A stretch of 64,000 nucleotides of DNA from Eledone cirrhosa (taxonomy: Eukaryota): positions 302,250,001 to 302,314,000 of the forward strand of contig OZ024740.1 in assembly GCA_964016885.1 (NCBI GenBank). Reading direction: 5' to 3'. The notes beneath the pieces were generated by a model. That model saw only the letters and a program-made list of their open reading frames with translations. It had not been told where the DNA came from and did no database searches. This document shows, piece after piece, positions 1 to 13,198 of the stretch. The position numbers and the translations under genes are program-made. Positions within the stretch are counted from its first letter, which is position 1. Each line of letters opens with the position of its first letter.

Positions 1-1141
1 ACATATCAACACAAAAGCAGACAAACACGAACACAGACCAACACACGCATACATATACGAACAACGGTACTCAGTTCTTTTTGCAACGAGTTTACAGACT
101 AGAGTTAATTTGACTCGTCGCCATTTTCTCAGTTGAATATAATGTAGAAAGCAAGCACTGTATCACATAATCAGGATAATATATATATATAACACATATG
201 CATATATAAACACATAAATACATACATACAAACATACATACATATGTACACACATACATACACAAATGCATTCATAAATACATACATTAATGCATACATA
301 CATACATGCATACATACATACATACATACATACATACATACATAATACTTGCATACATACATACATTCATACACAAACACACACACACACATACATACGT
401 ACATGAGTGCGATTATTTACAACATATCAATTTCATACTGTTTACTTACTTCTCTACCATCATCACAGCTTTGTTAACACATGAAACTTGATTCCCATGA
501 AACACTGTGACTGAGAAATATAGCTGAACAGAGATGTTACATTACTGCCTGGCTTTAATATTTTATTACTTCTATCAACAAAATAAATTTTCTACGAAAT
601 AGATTGCAAACAGTACAAGCGAAATAATAAAACAGAGGAAAATAAAGATACTATGACCAAAGTGTTGTGTTTGCATCACCCATCGCATGTATCAACATTG
701 CGCCTAATACAGGGACTATATCTGACAGTATTATTCTTATATGTGGAGACATATACATAAGTCATCATATAGGATGTTTACACATTATTCTGTGATAGAG
801 AAAGCAAATAGAACACGAAGATAAATAGAAGGGTAAATACATTGATATATTGACATATGTATGGAAAATATTCGTATATTCTGTGAATAGTTTACGACTG
901 AATATAGATGTATCCGTGTGTAAATGTAAATAAGCATGTTTGCATGAATATTTGTTAACCATTTAACAAAAAAAAACAACAACACTTGCTGCATGATTAG
1001 ATGCATATTTAAATACTCGATGCTGAGCTATAAACATGATTCCAAAGATGTAGTTGTGGGAAAACTGCCAGGTAATGCAGCATTTCCTGGTCATTTAAAC
1101 CGAACAGTGCTCATCCCTCAGCATGGTTCACTACAGAAGAC

Positions 1142-1147
<6 letters not shown>

Positions 1148-1214
<67 letters not shown>

Positions 1215-1292
1215 AAGAAATAGAGAGAGATGAGAGAGAGAGAGAAAGAGAGGGAGATATATAGAGAGACAGAGAGAGAGACACATAAAGAG
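1148..1292. repeat. (GA)n microsatellite
   Basis: Long GA run; explains the SL/ER-rich ORFs here. Confidence 0.95.
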
Positions 1293-1339
1293 ACAGAGCG
1301 AGAAAGAGATCGAGGGGGGTGGGAGACAAACAGCAGGCA

Positions 1340-1826
1340 GGACCTTGGTGAGGAAGGCGATTTTGGACACCATTCAGGACGAAAAACAAAACTTGACAAA
1401 TGGCGGAAAAATTCATAAGAGTCAATGGTCATCCAAAAGATGTATATGCATGTATACATACGTATATATGTATATATGTGTGGGGACAGAAATAATCGGG
1501 CTGGATACCCGATCACGTGGTTAAACCACTGGGAGTGAAGGACCCCTAGCCTTTGTCTGGGCATTCTTCTAGGAGAAGGCAATTCAGGAAACTGGGATAA
1601 CTCGGACATAAAACCAGCGGCTCAGAAGTTACCGATGATGTTTATCTTTTCTTCTTTTCGGGTTATAGCTACTGTCGCTCAGATAGTGGAATTGGCTCAG
1701 TGCACAGTCTTACCCCCTTTAAAATAATCTTCACGCACAGGCATTGCAAAATGGCATTAATTGATAATTATTAGTAATGTTATCTCGTGAAATGACCATA
1801 TTCGATAACGAGGGTCAGCCATCATA
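1340..1826 (+). mobile_element. Non-autonomous bipartite RTE derivative, family A (RTE 5' UTR fused to RTE 3' tip), 5'-truncated
   Basis: 1481-1750 matches the RTE 5' UTR at 16990-17258 (-). Ends gaccatattcgataacgagggtcagccatcat, like the RTE 3' end at 13078-13116 (-). No ORF between. Confidence 0.85.
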
Positions 1827-1829
1827 TAT

Positions 1830-2451
1830 GTTCTTCTGGATTTATAATTCCACAATTTTTTTGCCAATAGAGAGAGAGTCTGTTCCTAACATATATACAA
1901 GACTCTCTTGGAATTTACACGACATCAACTAGGTAGATGTGTCTGCATCTCTGCATGCATATATGTGCAGGTATAGGTGTTATTGTATGTATGGAGATGT
2001 ATGTTTTGAGTTGTATGTGTGCATGTGCATATGCTTTGTATCTGTACAAGTGTATGTGCAGCTATTAGATGCAGCTATTAGATGCAGAATTGTTGGAATG
2101 TTTTACATATTTTTACTGTTCTATTAATTGTAATTTCCTAACTACTCGCGTTCTTTCTGTTTCAGTGAAGCCTAGCTTCTCAAGATTTGTATTGAGGCAG
2201 TTGCTGACATATCCCAGTGCCCCAATAATCGCAGGCAAAAATCTGAAGGTATAGTCAGAGTGGAGTATCTACAGATATTTCATTAGTTCTTCATATATAT
2301 TCTCCTTTTCGCTAATCTTTGATATTATATTGGCATCTGATAGGCAGCTAACTTCCACTACTGTGGATGCCTTCTTTTCCCTGTCCCATATCATTATATC
2401 TGCTCTGTTATGCCTCCATTCTATTGGGGCTTTTACTGGAATATTCCACCA
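1830..2451 (-). mobile_element. 5'-truncated R4/Dong-type element (endonuclease end + 3' UTR)
   Basis: Reverse complement matches 12430-13030 (YWWNIPVK...DIMIWDREKK...IIGALGYVSNCLNTNLEKLGF and the 3' UTR hairpin). Confidence 0.88.
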
Positions 2452-2500
2452 GTATGTATGTATTCTATGTATGTGTGTATGCTTGTTTTAATTTATAAAG

Positions 2501-2819
2501 GGCGAGGTTAACTTTGCCTTTCATCCTACAAGGTCGATAAAATAAAGTACCAGTAATGTACTTGTTATTGCTGGCCTTGTGCCAAAAGTAGAAACAATTA
2601 ATTTATAAAGGGCGATGTATCGGGAGATTGTGGGACACCATGCGTCGCGGCAGAGAGTTACGGCCGTTTACGTTCTGATTTCAAATCCCGCCAGGTTATC
2701 TTTACCTTTCATCTTTACGACTGGGTAAAATAAAGCACCAGTGAGTACTGTGGTCGATTTAATCGACTTTCCTCACCCCATTAAATTGCTGGCCTTGTGC
2801 CTCAAATAGAAACAATTAT

Positions 2820-2821
<2 letters not shown>
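2501..2821 (+). mobile_element. tRNA-derived SINE: 5'-truncated copy followed by a near-full copy
   Basis: ttcaaatcccgcc B-box region; gcctttcatcct...gtcgataaaataaagtaccag core; ends tagaaacaatta. Confidence 0.8.
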
Positions 2822-3368
<547 letters not shown>

Positions 3369-3425
3369 ATGTATGTATGTATGTACGTATGTATTTACGG
3401 ATGTATTTATGTATGTTTGTATGTA

Positions 3426-3823
3426 TGACCCCTTAGCCTTTGTCAAGGCAAAATTCTAGGAGGAAAACTCTGATATAACACCTGCAACCCTGATGGTATC
3501 CAATGATGTTGACTTGTTCTTCTTTTTGGTAAGTATCATCTTGGTTAAGAGAGTGAGACTGGCTTTGTGCAGTGCCTTTGCTCACTATAAAAGCTTCACG
3601 GCACAGGCATTGCTTTATATCTGGAGATCTCTCTGCACTTGTCGTCACATGGTACCAAGGGCCCAGCACTATGTGTCAATAATTGTCACAAGTGTAGTGT
3701 TTGTACCAGAGTTTTTAAGTCGCTGGCTGGACTAAAAAGTCACTCGTTCAGCGCATCGGTAGGAGTTATCCTACATGGATATAACGTAGTGGCCGTACTC
3801 GAAAACGAGTTGGCAGCCACCAT
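3426..3823 (+). mobile_element. Non-autonomous bipartite RTE derivative, family B (keeps the last C2H2 finger), 5'-truncated
   Basis: Near-identical to 23607-24008. Encodes CSVCTRVFKSLAGLKSH, similar to the RTE C-terminal CRLCARHFGSLAGLKSH. 3' tip ggccgtactcgaaaacgagttggcagccaccat followed by TATG-type repeats. Confidence 0.85.
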
Positions 3824-4340
3824 GTATCTATGTATGTATGTATTTATGTATGTATACTTCGTTTTATAAACGAAGGAAAAGATGCATATCGCTTAACTAT
3901 TTCATTATATGAATAGAAGACAGAAACATAAAAACACACGTTCGCGCGTTCCTAATTATATGTATGCCTGTATGTATATATACAGAACATTTTCTTATGC
4001 TCAGTGGCTAAGCAATTAATGTCCGTTGAGCCAGAGAGAGTCTGTGGGTTGGTGTTGGGCTGTGTGAGTTTACATCTACTGAAATGCGCATGCGTCTGCG
4101 TTCCTAATATCTTTTAAATTAAATGGCTGACAGAATCTTGGTTATCAGTGAGACGCGAGGTTATTTCATGGTCGCTTGCCACGCAGCAAAATGTGTTAAT
4201 ACAGATCGGAAAGAAAATATAGGGGGAATGGTCTGTTTAAAAATAGTCTCTTTCAAGGGTGACAAGAGGTTAACAATCAAAGTTTTGTTTCGAATAATAC
4301 TTCGTGAATATAAACTGTGTGCATCATTATATGAATTATA

Positions 4341-4562
4341 AGGTCGGTGGATTGGCAGTAACGATAGAGTGCCAGACAACATGCTTCGCAGCATAGAGTG
4401 GTGGTCCTTTACGTTCTGAGTTCAAATCATGCCGAGGTTAGCTTTACCTGTTTCATCCTTATGGGGTCGATAAATAAAGCACCAGTAAAGCACTGGAGTG
4501 GATTTAACAGATTTTCCCTCTCCCAAAATTGTGGCCATGTGCCTAATGTGGAAACAATTATC
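4341..4562 (+). mobile_element. tRNA-derived SINE
   Basis: A-box-like tggcagtaacga, B box gagttcaaatc, family core and tail. Confidence 0.85.
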
Positions 4563-4650
4563 CTTGCCCCCACCCCCACCCCCTCCCTCTCTCTCTCTCT
4601 CTCTACCTCCCACTCTCTGTCTCCCTCTCACTATATATTTTACAATTTAA

Positions 4651-5414
4651 TTTTACAATGAAAATAACGATATTTAAGAGATTATGTAAAAATGCGGCCA
4701 TTATAATACATTCAACCCCGCAAATTACAGCTGCTGATAGAAATTGATTAATAGATCGAATGGTGCTAAGCGAGATTCAATGAATGCCGACTCGTAACAA
4801 TAACTGCTTCAATACGAAATCTGAAACTTTGACCTTATATTTGAAAACGAAATTCTTTATATATATATATATACAATACATAAACAGAGAAAGCCTTAAG
4901 CGATACTCCAACCAACTCCATCTCACTCAACAAACATTAGGATATACTTAAGTATTATCCCAATTTAGTGTTGTGGTTCTAACTAATCAGTATTTCGTGG
5001 ATAATTGGTTGTATTATTTTATATGAGACATTATTAAATAAATATCTCATTTTTTCCAGACGGCCGTTTCGTTATAAGATTTCTACAATTTGGGATAATT
5101 TCCAGGTTAATCCATAGTTTTATACACAAGCGGGTTCTTATAAACTCATCAGTGGATGCCCAATTAATAACGATATAAGAATTATATCGACATTTATATA
5201 TATATAAAGAATTTCGTTTTCAAATATAAGGTCAAAGTTTCAGATTTCGTATTGAAGCAGTTATTGTTACGAGTCGGTATTCATTGAATCTCGCTTAGCC
5301 CCATTCGATCTATTAATCAATTTCTATCACGCAGCTGTAATTTGCGGGGTTGAATGTATTATAATGGCCGCATTTTTACATAATCTCTTAAATATCGTTA
5401 TTTTCATTGTAAAA
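4651..5414. repeat. ~220-bp inverted repeat (4651-4873 / 5194-5414) with a ~320-bp spacer
   Basis: Arms are near-perfect reverse complements, each ending inward in (TA)n. Confidence 0.95.
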
Positions 5415-6400
5415 TGAAATTCGAGCAACCTATTATAGAGCGTACTAATTTCGGTGATACATGTGTGATGTCCTCAATATATTGTTATTTCATTTGTTTT
5501 ATATATCTGCAGCATCAGATATATTTTCTCTTCATCTCTGAATGTGGGCTTAGGATTGGTGGAATGTTTTCTTAGACTGCCGTTGCTTAATTCAATATAC
5601 GATAATATTGTTTACGTGCGACAGACATTATCTGTGCCTCGTATATAATTGTTTTATTAAGCAATTCGCTTTCAAGGGACAGGTCTCTTCCGTACTAAAT
5701 CCAAGCGTTTCCGTGGTGACTCTTCATATATGTTTCATTATTATGCTGCCGATATTCTTTATACAACTGTAACCAAACAGGATTTTTTTCTCTCAAATGA
5801 TGTGGTACTTTTTACTGTTCCAAAGGGTGTTTTAGTTTAATTAGTGCCAAAAATAATTGAGCCATTTACTTTAGCATTTTTACTCAGCTCAGCTTAAAAT
5901 AAAGAGTCTTGCATGGTTAAATGCGTTCCTTTACTGCAATCGCTTACGTTTTGATAATTTTCTCTTTAAACACGATTCTTTCCAATTTCTTTTTGCAACA
6001 ACTAACAGTTCTAATAAAAGTTATATTATCTGATATTTTAGTTTCAGTAATATATTAGATGGTTTGTCATATTCTTTACTAGCGTAAATAGTTGTCGCAT
6101 TCGTTTCTTCTGGATTAATATATGACTACCTTGAGGCGTACCGCTATGTCATGAAAGAAATCTATGCTTACATATTGCTTACGGCGGTAGTAGTTGTTAA
6201 TTATGTCGTTTCAAGTTTTTATTCATGCAGACGTTTATGTGCAGCGCGTTTAACGGGTGATTATATTCATGGTTAGAAATGTTCTGTTTGGTGATTTTAA
6301 AATCTATAATAATTTCACTTGCCAGACATATGTTGCAGTCTTGTATGGTCTATTTTTTTTTTCTCATCGATACGTAACGGGTCCGGCATTTCCGTGTGTG
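4880..6400 (-). mobile_element. Decayed Penelope-like element (RT C-terminus, GIY-YIG, 3' tail with HHR)
   Basis: Manual minus-strand translation gives GYSCIKNIGSIIMKH (~5790-5730), CPLKANCL, then after a frameshift TIIYEAQI...SYIELSNGSLRKH...TFR. This is colinear with the GIY-YIG ORF at 24193. Left edge and upstream limit approximate. Confidence 0.75.
5055..5156 (-). ncRNA. Type I hammerhead ribozyme, minimal helix III, long helix II
   Basis: UCCA CUGAUGA GUUUAUAAGA...UCUUAUAAC GAAAC GGCC GUC^UGGA: full core, stem I UCCA/UGGA, palindromic helix III loop. Confidence 0.85.
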
Positions 6401-7616
6401 GGGTTAAATATACGCCTGTATGTGGATTATTTAGTCTATTCTATTTCTATTATAATTCTCAATATGGCGAGTATAAGAATCTGAGACGAATACATGCAGC
6501 AACATATTAATGCTACACATATACACATATACAAACAAACATGCATGAACGAAAACTTATACATACTTACACAGACTCTCACGCAAAAACCGAACACGAA
6601 CATCCACGCACACACACACGCACACACACGCACACACAAACATACACGCACACATATGTATATGTATATATATACGTGTGTGTGTGTGAGTATGTGTGTG
6701 TGTGTGAGTGTGTATGTGTGTGTATATATATATATATGTATACATACACGTATGTGCATGCGTGTAACAGAATAATAATATGAATGTTGTACATAAAAAA
6801 AACTTCCTTCGAGATAAACTGAAAAAAAGAAACATTTCAAACCATACATTGTCTTCTAGTATGGCAACCTTTGACTGTATGATATTAACAATAGTTCAAG
6901 GAAAGACGAGGTATTTCGATGTAAGATAAATCACCCAGGGAATGAGAAAACAAACTGCAGTTGTATTTTCTTTGATAACCTATTGATTGTTAGATATGTG
7001 TGAATGCGATGCCATCAATAATTCGATAAAAATCTGGGAAGAATCGGTTCTGCATGTCGTCTAGCATGCCAAACTAATATGTGATTTTAACCAATAACAC
7101 GAAAATAAAATAAAAAACAGGGTTTATTCTAAAAGTGGTGTAAACCGGATCAGAGAAAAAAGGAAATTGTGTAATGCCCCAACACTAAAGATTTTGTTGT
7201 GCTACTGTAGTTTTGACGTCACTAATGTATTAAAGGAACGAGTAGAAAGATATTGAAATAGATTGATAGCTACAGATACACACAACCATTTACATGCATG
7301 CAAACACACATCCATCCATCCTTACATATATATATGCATGGATACATGCAGACATACAAATATACATACATGCAAACATACATAAATGAGTAATATGTAT
7401 GAATGCAAGCAACAATGCACACATATATATATATATATGTGTGCAGATGAACGCACACTAGTAACGTTACATGAGGTCTCATTTTCAAAAACTCAACACG
7501 TTCCCTGGTTTTGAAATCATGATCTAATATTCGTTAGCTGAACACTAAGACACGTGTCTTCTCATACATAGACACATACGTGAATACATACATATACACA
7601 TGCATACATACATACA

Positions 7617-8145
7617 AGATGGCTGCCCACTCGTTATCGAGTATGGCCAATGCACGATATACCATTATTAATAATTATTAATTAATTCTATCGTGCAATG
7701 CCTGTGCGAGAAGATATTTTTTAAAGTGAGGAAAGACTGTGCACCGAGCCAATGCCACTCTCTGAGCGACAGTAGCTATAACCCGAAAAAAAGAAAAGAT
7801 CAACATCATCGTTAACTACTGAGCCGCAGGTTTTATATCGGAGTTATCCCAGTTTCCTGAGTTGCCTTCTCCTAGAAGAATGTCCTGACAAAGGTTAGGG
7901 ATCCTTCACTCCCAGTAGGTTTAACCGTGCGGTACATGTCTATATACATATTTACACACTTTCGGATGGCCGTTGACTCTTATGAGTTCTTCCGCCCTTT
8001 GTCAGGTTTTGTTTTTTGTCCTGCAGGGTGTCCAAAATCACCCTCCTCGCCAAGTAAACTTGGTGGGGTTGCTGGTTTATTCGCGGACGACCATGCCACA
8101 GGTTCTACTGGGTTACATGTTACCAGTAGCACACAAGAGTGACCC
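7617..8145 (-). mobile_element. Bipartite RTE derivative, family A, including the structured 5' head
   Basis: Colinear with 17586-18222 and with the RTE 5' UTR and 3' tip. Confidence 0.88.
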
Positions 8146-8151
8146 GACATT

Positions 8152-8560
8152 CATAGATACAAATCTTGAAAGGCTAGGCTTCACAGAACCAGAAAGTACA
8201 CGACTAGTTAGAAAGGTAAAAGTACAACCATTAATGATTTCTAGTATAGGTACGAGGCCAGTAATTTGGGAGGAGGGGAAAATCGATTAAATCGACCCCA
8301 GCCCGTTACTGGTGCTTTATTTTATCGACCCCATAGGGATGTAAAAGTACAACCATTAATGGAATTGTAACATATGTAAAACCTTCCTAAAATGATGCAT
8401 GCAATAAGTGTATATATATATATACATGTATAGATACAGCAAACTGTATACTCATGTAAAACATTCCAAAACGTATGCATGTAATGACTGCATATACTCG
8501 TGTATAGGTACAAAACATATGCACATGCAAGCATACATACATACATAATTGCATAAGTAC
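8152..8560 (+). mobile_element. Short R4/Dong-type 3' fragment interrupted by a SINE
   Basis: DTNLERLGFTEPESTRLVRKVKVQPI matches 12680-12760; continues at 8341. Confidence 0.8.
8237..8340 (-). mobile_element. 5'-truncated tRNA-family SINE with a 21-bp target-site duplication
   Basis: gtaaaagtacaaccattaatg at both 8216-8236 and 8341-8361; the insert is the reverse complement of the SINE 3' half. Confidence 0.85.
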
Positions 8561-8645
8561 ATGCATGCATACATGCATATATGCATACATACATGAATAC
8601 ATACATACTTAACTGCATAGATACATGCATGCATACATGCATATA

Positions 8646-8780
8646 TGATGGCTGCCACCTCGGTACCGTGTATGGCCATTGCACGATATAACATTATTAA
8701 TAATTATCACTTAATGCTATCGTGCTATGCTCGTGCGTGAAGATTTTTTTTAAAGTTAGGAATGACTGTGCACAGAGCCA
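8646..8780 (-). mobile_element. 3' fragment of bipartite RTE derivative, family A
   Basis: atgatggctgcc...tatggccattgcacgatat...gactgtgcac matches 7617-7750. Confidence 0.8.
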
Positions 8781-8926
8781 TACATACATGCATACATACA
8801 TATATATACACACACACACACACATACATACACACACACACACATACATACATACATACATACATACATACATACATACATACATACATACATACATACA
8901 TACATACATACATACATTCATACATA

Positions 8927-11900
8927 CTAACAGTCAACGCGATCAGTCGCATATTTTGACGCGGGAGACTATTTATTAAATTTAAGATGAATACTATCTC
9001 CGACAGTAATGCCACAACTACAGACAGGTTGAATAACTGGTTATTCTTCTAACTATCCCTTCTGAAGACACCTTTAATTCGAATTCGTAGAGATATCCGA
9101 CTAAATACATAATTCATTTTACAAGGATTTGCTACAAACAGCATGGCTGAACACAACATCAACAAAGACATTAAGGAAGTATCGAAGACAAATAACAAAG
9201 AAAGTAATCAAATTTTATTCAGTTGTAGCTCCAGAAGAAACCGAAATTATAAATCGCATTTCTCTTGGAGTTGCGAACTTAATAATGATTTATTTAATTG
9301 TTATAAAATGGCGAAAAACAATCCCTCCATTGGCTATATGAATAGAATGAAGCTACACTGGGACGAAATGCACCCAGAGCTAAATTATTTCACAGCGATA
9401 CAATTAGGCTAACAAGCGACGTTTGTGGAACGCAAAAATAAGATAAATATTATTAATTGTAAGACCCCCACAACAAACATGGATTCAACAACACGTGCTA
9501 CAGATCGCCATGCTACTAGACTTGCTAGCAGCCAGGTCGAACAGCGCCTTGAAACAACTACGCCTGTAAAAAACTTGACACCACCTGTACCATCTAAGTC
9601 TACCTCGAATGCTGGCGAAAACACTATCGATAATAATAATAATCGAAGAAATAATAATAATAATCGAATAAATGTGACACCACGTATACCATCCGAGTCT
9701 ACCTCGACTGTTGTGGAAAATACTATCGATAATGATAATCAAAAGTATAAACAATTGAAAATTTCCCTCAACGAAATCTTCCAGAGAGAAATTAACTCAT
9801 GTATTAATATCTCTCTTGCTGAACGTGTTAAAATGACAATGGTGAATAAAAAACCAAATAATGAAATACTATGTGTTATTGACGAAATAGGGGATGAATA
9901 TTTACGACGGATAAAAACCCCAACATTTTGACAAATTAACGCCTGTTTATATGCCTTAGCAATGACAGTGAAGCATTATCTTGGTGATAGCAGAGATATT
10001 AACAAGAACAAAACACCACCAAAAATACCATCATATATAACTAAAATAGAAAAAAAGAGTTCTGACCTACGAAAAAACATAGCACATGTGACAATGCTCC
10101 TTACATGCAAACAAACACAAAAAAACCTCACTCCTCACCAACAAATAGTGAAAAATAAAATAGAGACGATGTTTGGTAACAGTAGAACCACAACTCTCCA
10201 ATATAAGCTGATCATCCTCAAACAAGAATTGAGAGCTGTTAACGAAAAACGCCGATGCCTGAAGAAGGTAGATGAGAGAAAAATGCTTCATAAAAGATTC
10301 AGACGAAACCAAACATCAGTCTATAGAGATATGAAGGGCAAAATAATAAGTATCGCTGAGGCCCCATCCCAGAAAGACATAGATTCCTTTTGGAGAAAAA
10401 TATGGGGTGAAAAGAAGAATTTCAACCAAGATGCAGTGTGGTTAAGAGAAATCCGAAAGAACTATTGCTCCTACACTACAACAAAAACATACGAAATAAG
10501 TGAGGGTACCCTTGAGATTGTGATAGGAAAACTCCAACATGAGAAAACACCAGGAAGAGACATGATTGTCGGCTACTGGTACAAAAAACTAATATTCTAT
10601 CGGAGGTATCTTACTGACCTCTACCAACAAGTTCCTAAGGGAGATACACTTATACCAGAATGGTTGACATTAGCACAAACGTTACTGGTCCCCAAGAACA
10701 AAGACACCCACAAAACTACCGACCCATTGCATGCCAGAACCTGATGTATAAGATGTATACAGCCTGCCTGAACCTATTCCCTCAAGATCACTGTTAAAAT
10801 AATAACATCATCACAAATGAACAAGCAACTGGAAAGAAAGGGGTTTGGGGATGTGCTGAACAACTCCTAATCAACAAAACTGCGATGTCGGAGGTGCGTC
10901 AACTTAGGAGGAATATGACTAGAGTATGGCTGGACTACAGGTAAGCTTTCGATTCTGTTCCCCACTCTTGGATGATAGAGGCCCTCCAACTTGCTAAAGT
11001 CCCAGACATTATTGTCAGAGCCATAGAGGGGCTGTCTTCTTCGGCTACTATCCTAAGCTTAAAGACAGAGAGGGAGGAATCTATTTTCACTGATAAAATA
11101 AAATATTGCAGGATTATATTTCAAGGGGACAGTCTTTCTGTGATATTGTTCATCTTGTCATTAAACCCCTTGTCCTTTCTGCTCAAGAAATGTGAGGCAT
11201 ACATCATTGGCTCACAGGAGGACAGAAATACGAACCTAACCCATAACTTCTGTGTGGACGATCTGAAACGCTATACCAAGAACATGGATGAGAAGAAGAA
11301 AAATCTTGACCTGGTTACAACGTTCTCAAAGGATATAGGAATGGAGTTTGGCCAAGATAAATGCTCATACATGACTGTAAAGCGGGGAAAAAACAATAAC
11401 CCAATCTAGCAACATTGTCATCAATGGTCTAACTGTTTCACCGATATCTGATGAGGAATGCTACAGACACGTGGGGATAGATGAGAACATATCCTATAAT
11501 GGTATCTGTAATAAAGAACGCGTCACCAGGGAATACTACACCCGATTAAGAAAGATCTAGTCATCGGAACTCTCTGCGCAAAACAAAACAGTGGCTCACA
11601 ATGTGTTTGCTGTGGCTGTCCTAACAGCAACGTTTGGAATACTCAATTGGACGATAGACGAAATCCGAGCAGTTGATGTTGGAACTCGAAAAATACTGAA
11701 CAACACCGGAAATGTCCACATCAACAGTGACATAGAATGCTTCTACTTGAAACGTAAGCAGGGAGGCAGAGGCCAAACATCAGTCCAGACAGCATTTGAA
11801 TGTCGCATCATATCTCTCCGACAACATCTACGAACCTCGAAGTAGGAGCCCGCTTCTCGAGCAAGTCTATAGGCATGAAACAGATAAGATCATGAGAATT

Positions 11901-13030
11901 GGGAAGGAACTCCTTGAGAGATATTCCCTCTGTGATAATCAAAAACTCACACTCAGGTATGTCGCTCAGCAGTATCGCAGTGAATCCATGCATGAAATAC
12001 TGCATGCCTATCAGCAAAAAATCATGCATGGGTATGTTGCCAGGAAGCTCCAGAGTGAGAGTAATATAGAAAAGGAAAGTAGTCTATCTTGGACCAACAA
12101 CCGCTATATTGGCTCCCACTTTGAAGGATACGCTTTTGCAATCCAGGAACAAGAGATTAGCACGAAATACCTGATTCACAAAAGAGATATGGATGCAGGC
12201 AAAATACCTGGATGTGATAACAAGTGCAGACTCTGCAGAACTAACATCGAGGATATCACCCATGTCACCAACAGCTGTCTAAAGATGTCATCGCGGTACT
12301 ATCTACCCCTGAGGCATGATGTAGTGGACAAAACACTGTACAATGCAGTTCGTAAAAAAGATAGCCTCGATAATAAACACATTAAAAGCTACAACAATGT
12401 GGAAGACATACGTGTACATAATATTAAAGAGTACTTGTGGAATGTTCCAGTAAAAACCCCAATAGAGTGCAGGCATAACAGACCAGATATTATGATATGG
12501 GACAGAGAGAAGAAAACATGCACAGTAGTGGAAACTAGCTGTATAGCATATTGCCAATATAATATCAAAGAGAATATTTATTCAGAACTGATGAGAAATC
12601 TGCAGATACTCCACCCTGATTACACCTTCAGATTTATGCCTGTGATTATTGGGGCACTGGGATATGTTAGTAACTGCCTCAATACAAATCTTGAGAAGCT
12701 GGGCTTCACAGGAACAGAAAGAACACAACTAGTTAGGAAACTACAAGTACAATCCATTAATGGAACAGTAAAAATATGTAAAACATTCCAAAAATGTTGC
12801 ATCTAATAACTGCATATACACATGTACAGATACAAAGCATATACACATGCACACATACAACTCAAAACATCCACATCCACACATAACATAACATCCATAT
12901 CTACACATGCATGCATACATACATATCTACCGAGTTCATGTTGTGTAAATTCCAATGAGAGAGTCTTGTGTCTATGTTAGAACCGACTCTCTCTCTATTG
13001 GTAAAACTTGTGAAATTATAAAACCAGAAC
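8927..13030 (+). mobile_element. Near-full-length, decayed R4/Dong-clade non-LTR retrotransposon (RT + CCHC + restriction-like endonuclease)
   Basis: Broken ORFs 9143-12806 carry W..E.N...CY...GY..RM...W, WLDYR.AFDSVPHSW, IFQGDSLS, HNFCVDDLK, RKQGGRG, CRLC..EDITH..C, RHD and HNRPD. Flanked by (CATA)n on both sides. Confidence 0.9.
11796..12806 (+). pseudogene. C-terminal fragment of the R4-type ORF (zinc knuckle + PD-(D/E)XK-type endonuclease)
   Basis: KCRLCRTNIEDITHVTNSC, LRHDVV, HNRPDIMIWD, PVIIGALG; upstream frameshifts and stops. Confidence 0.85.
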
Positions 13031-13073
13031 ATACATACATACATACATACATACATACATACATACATACATA

Positions 13074-13152
13074 CATGATGATGGCTGCCCCCTCGTTATC
13101 GAGTATGGCCATTGCACAATAAAAAAAAAAAAAAATAAATAAATAAAAAAAA

Positions 13153-13198
<46 letters not shown>

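Noticed and set aside
3940-4170. Promoter or first exon (tgcgcatgcg NRF1-like, aaatggc YY1-like, MADRILVISETR)
   Set aside because: Short motifs can occur by chance, the donor site is weak, and no downstream exons were found.
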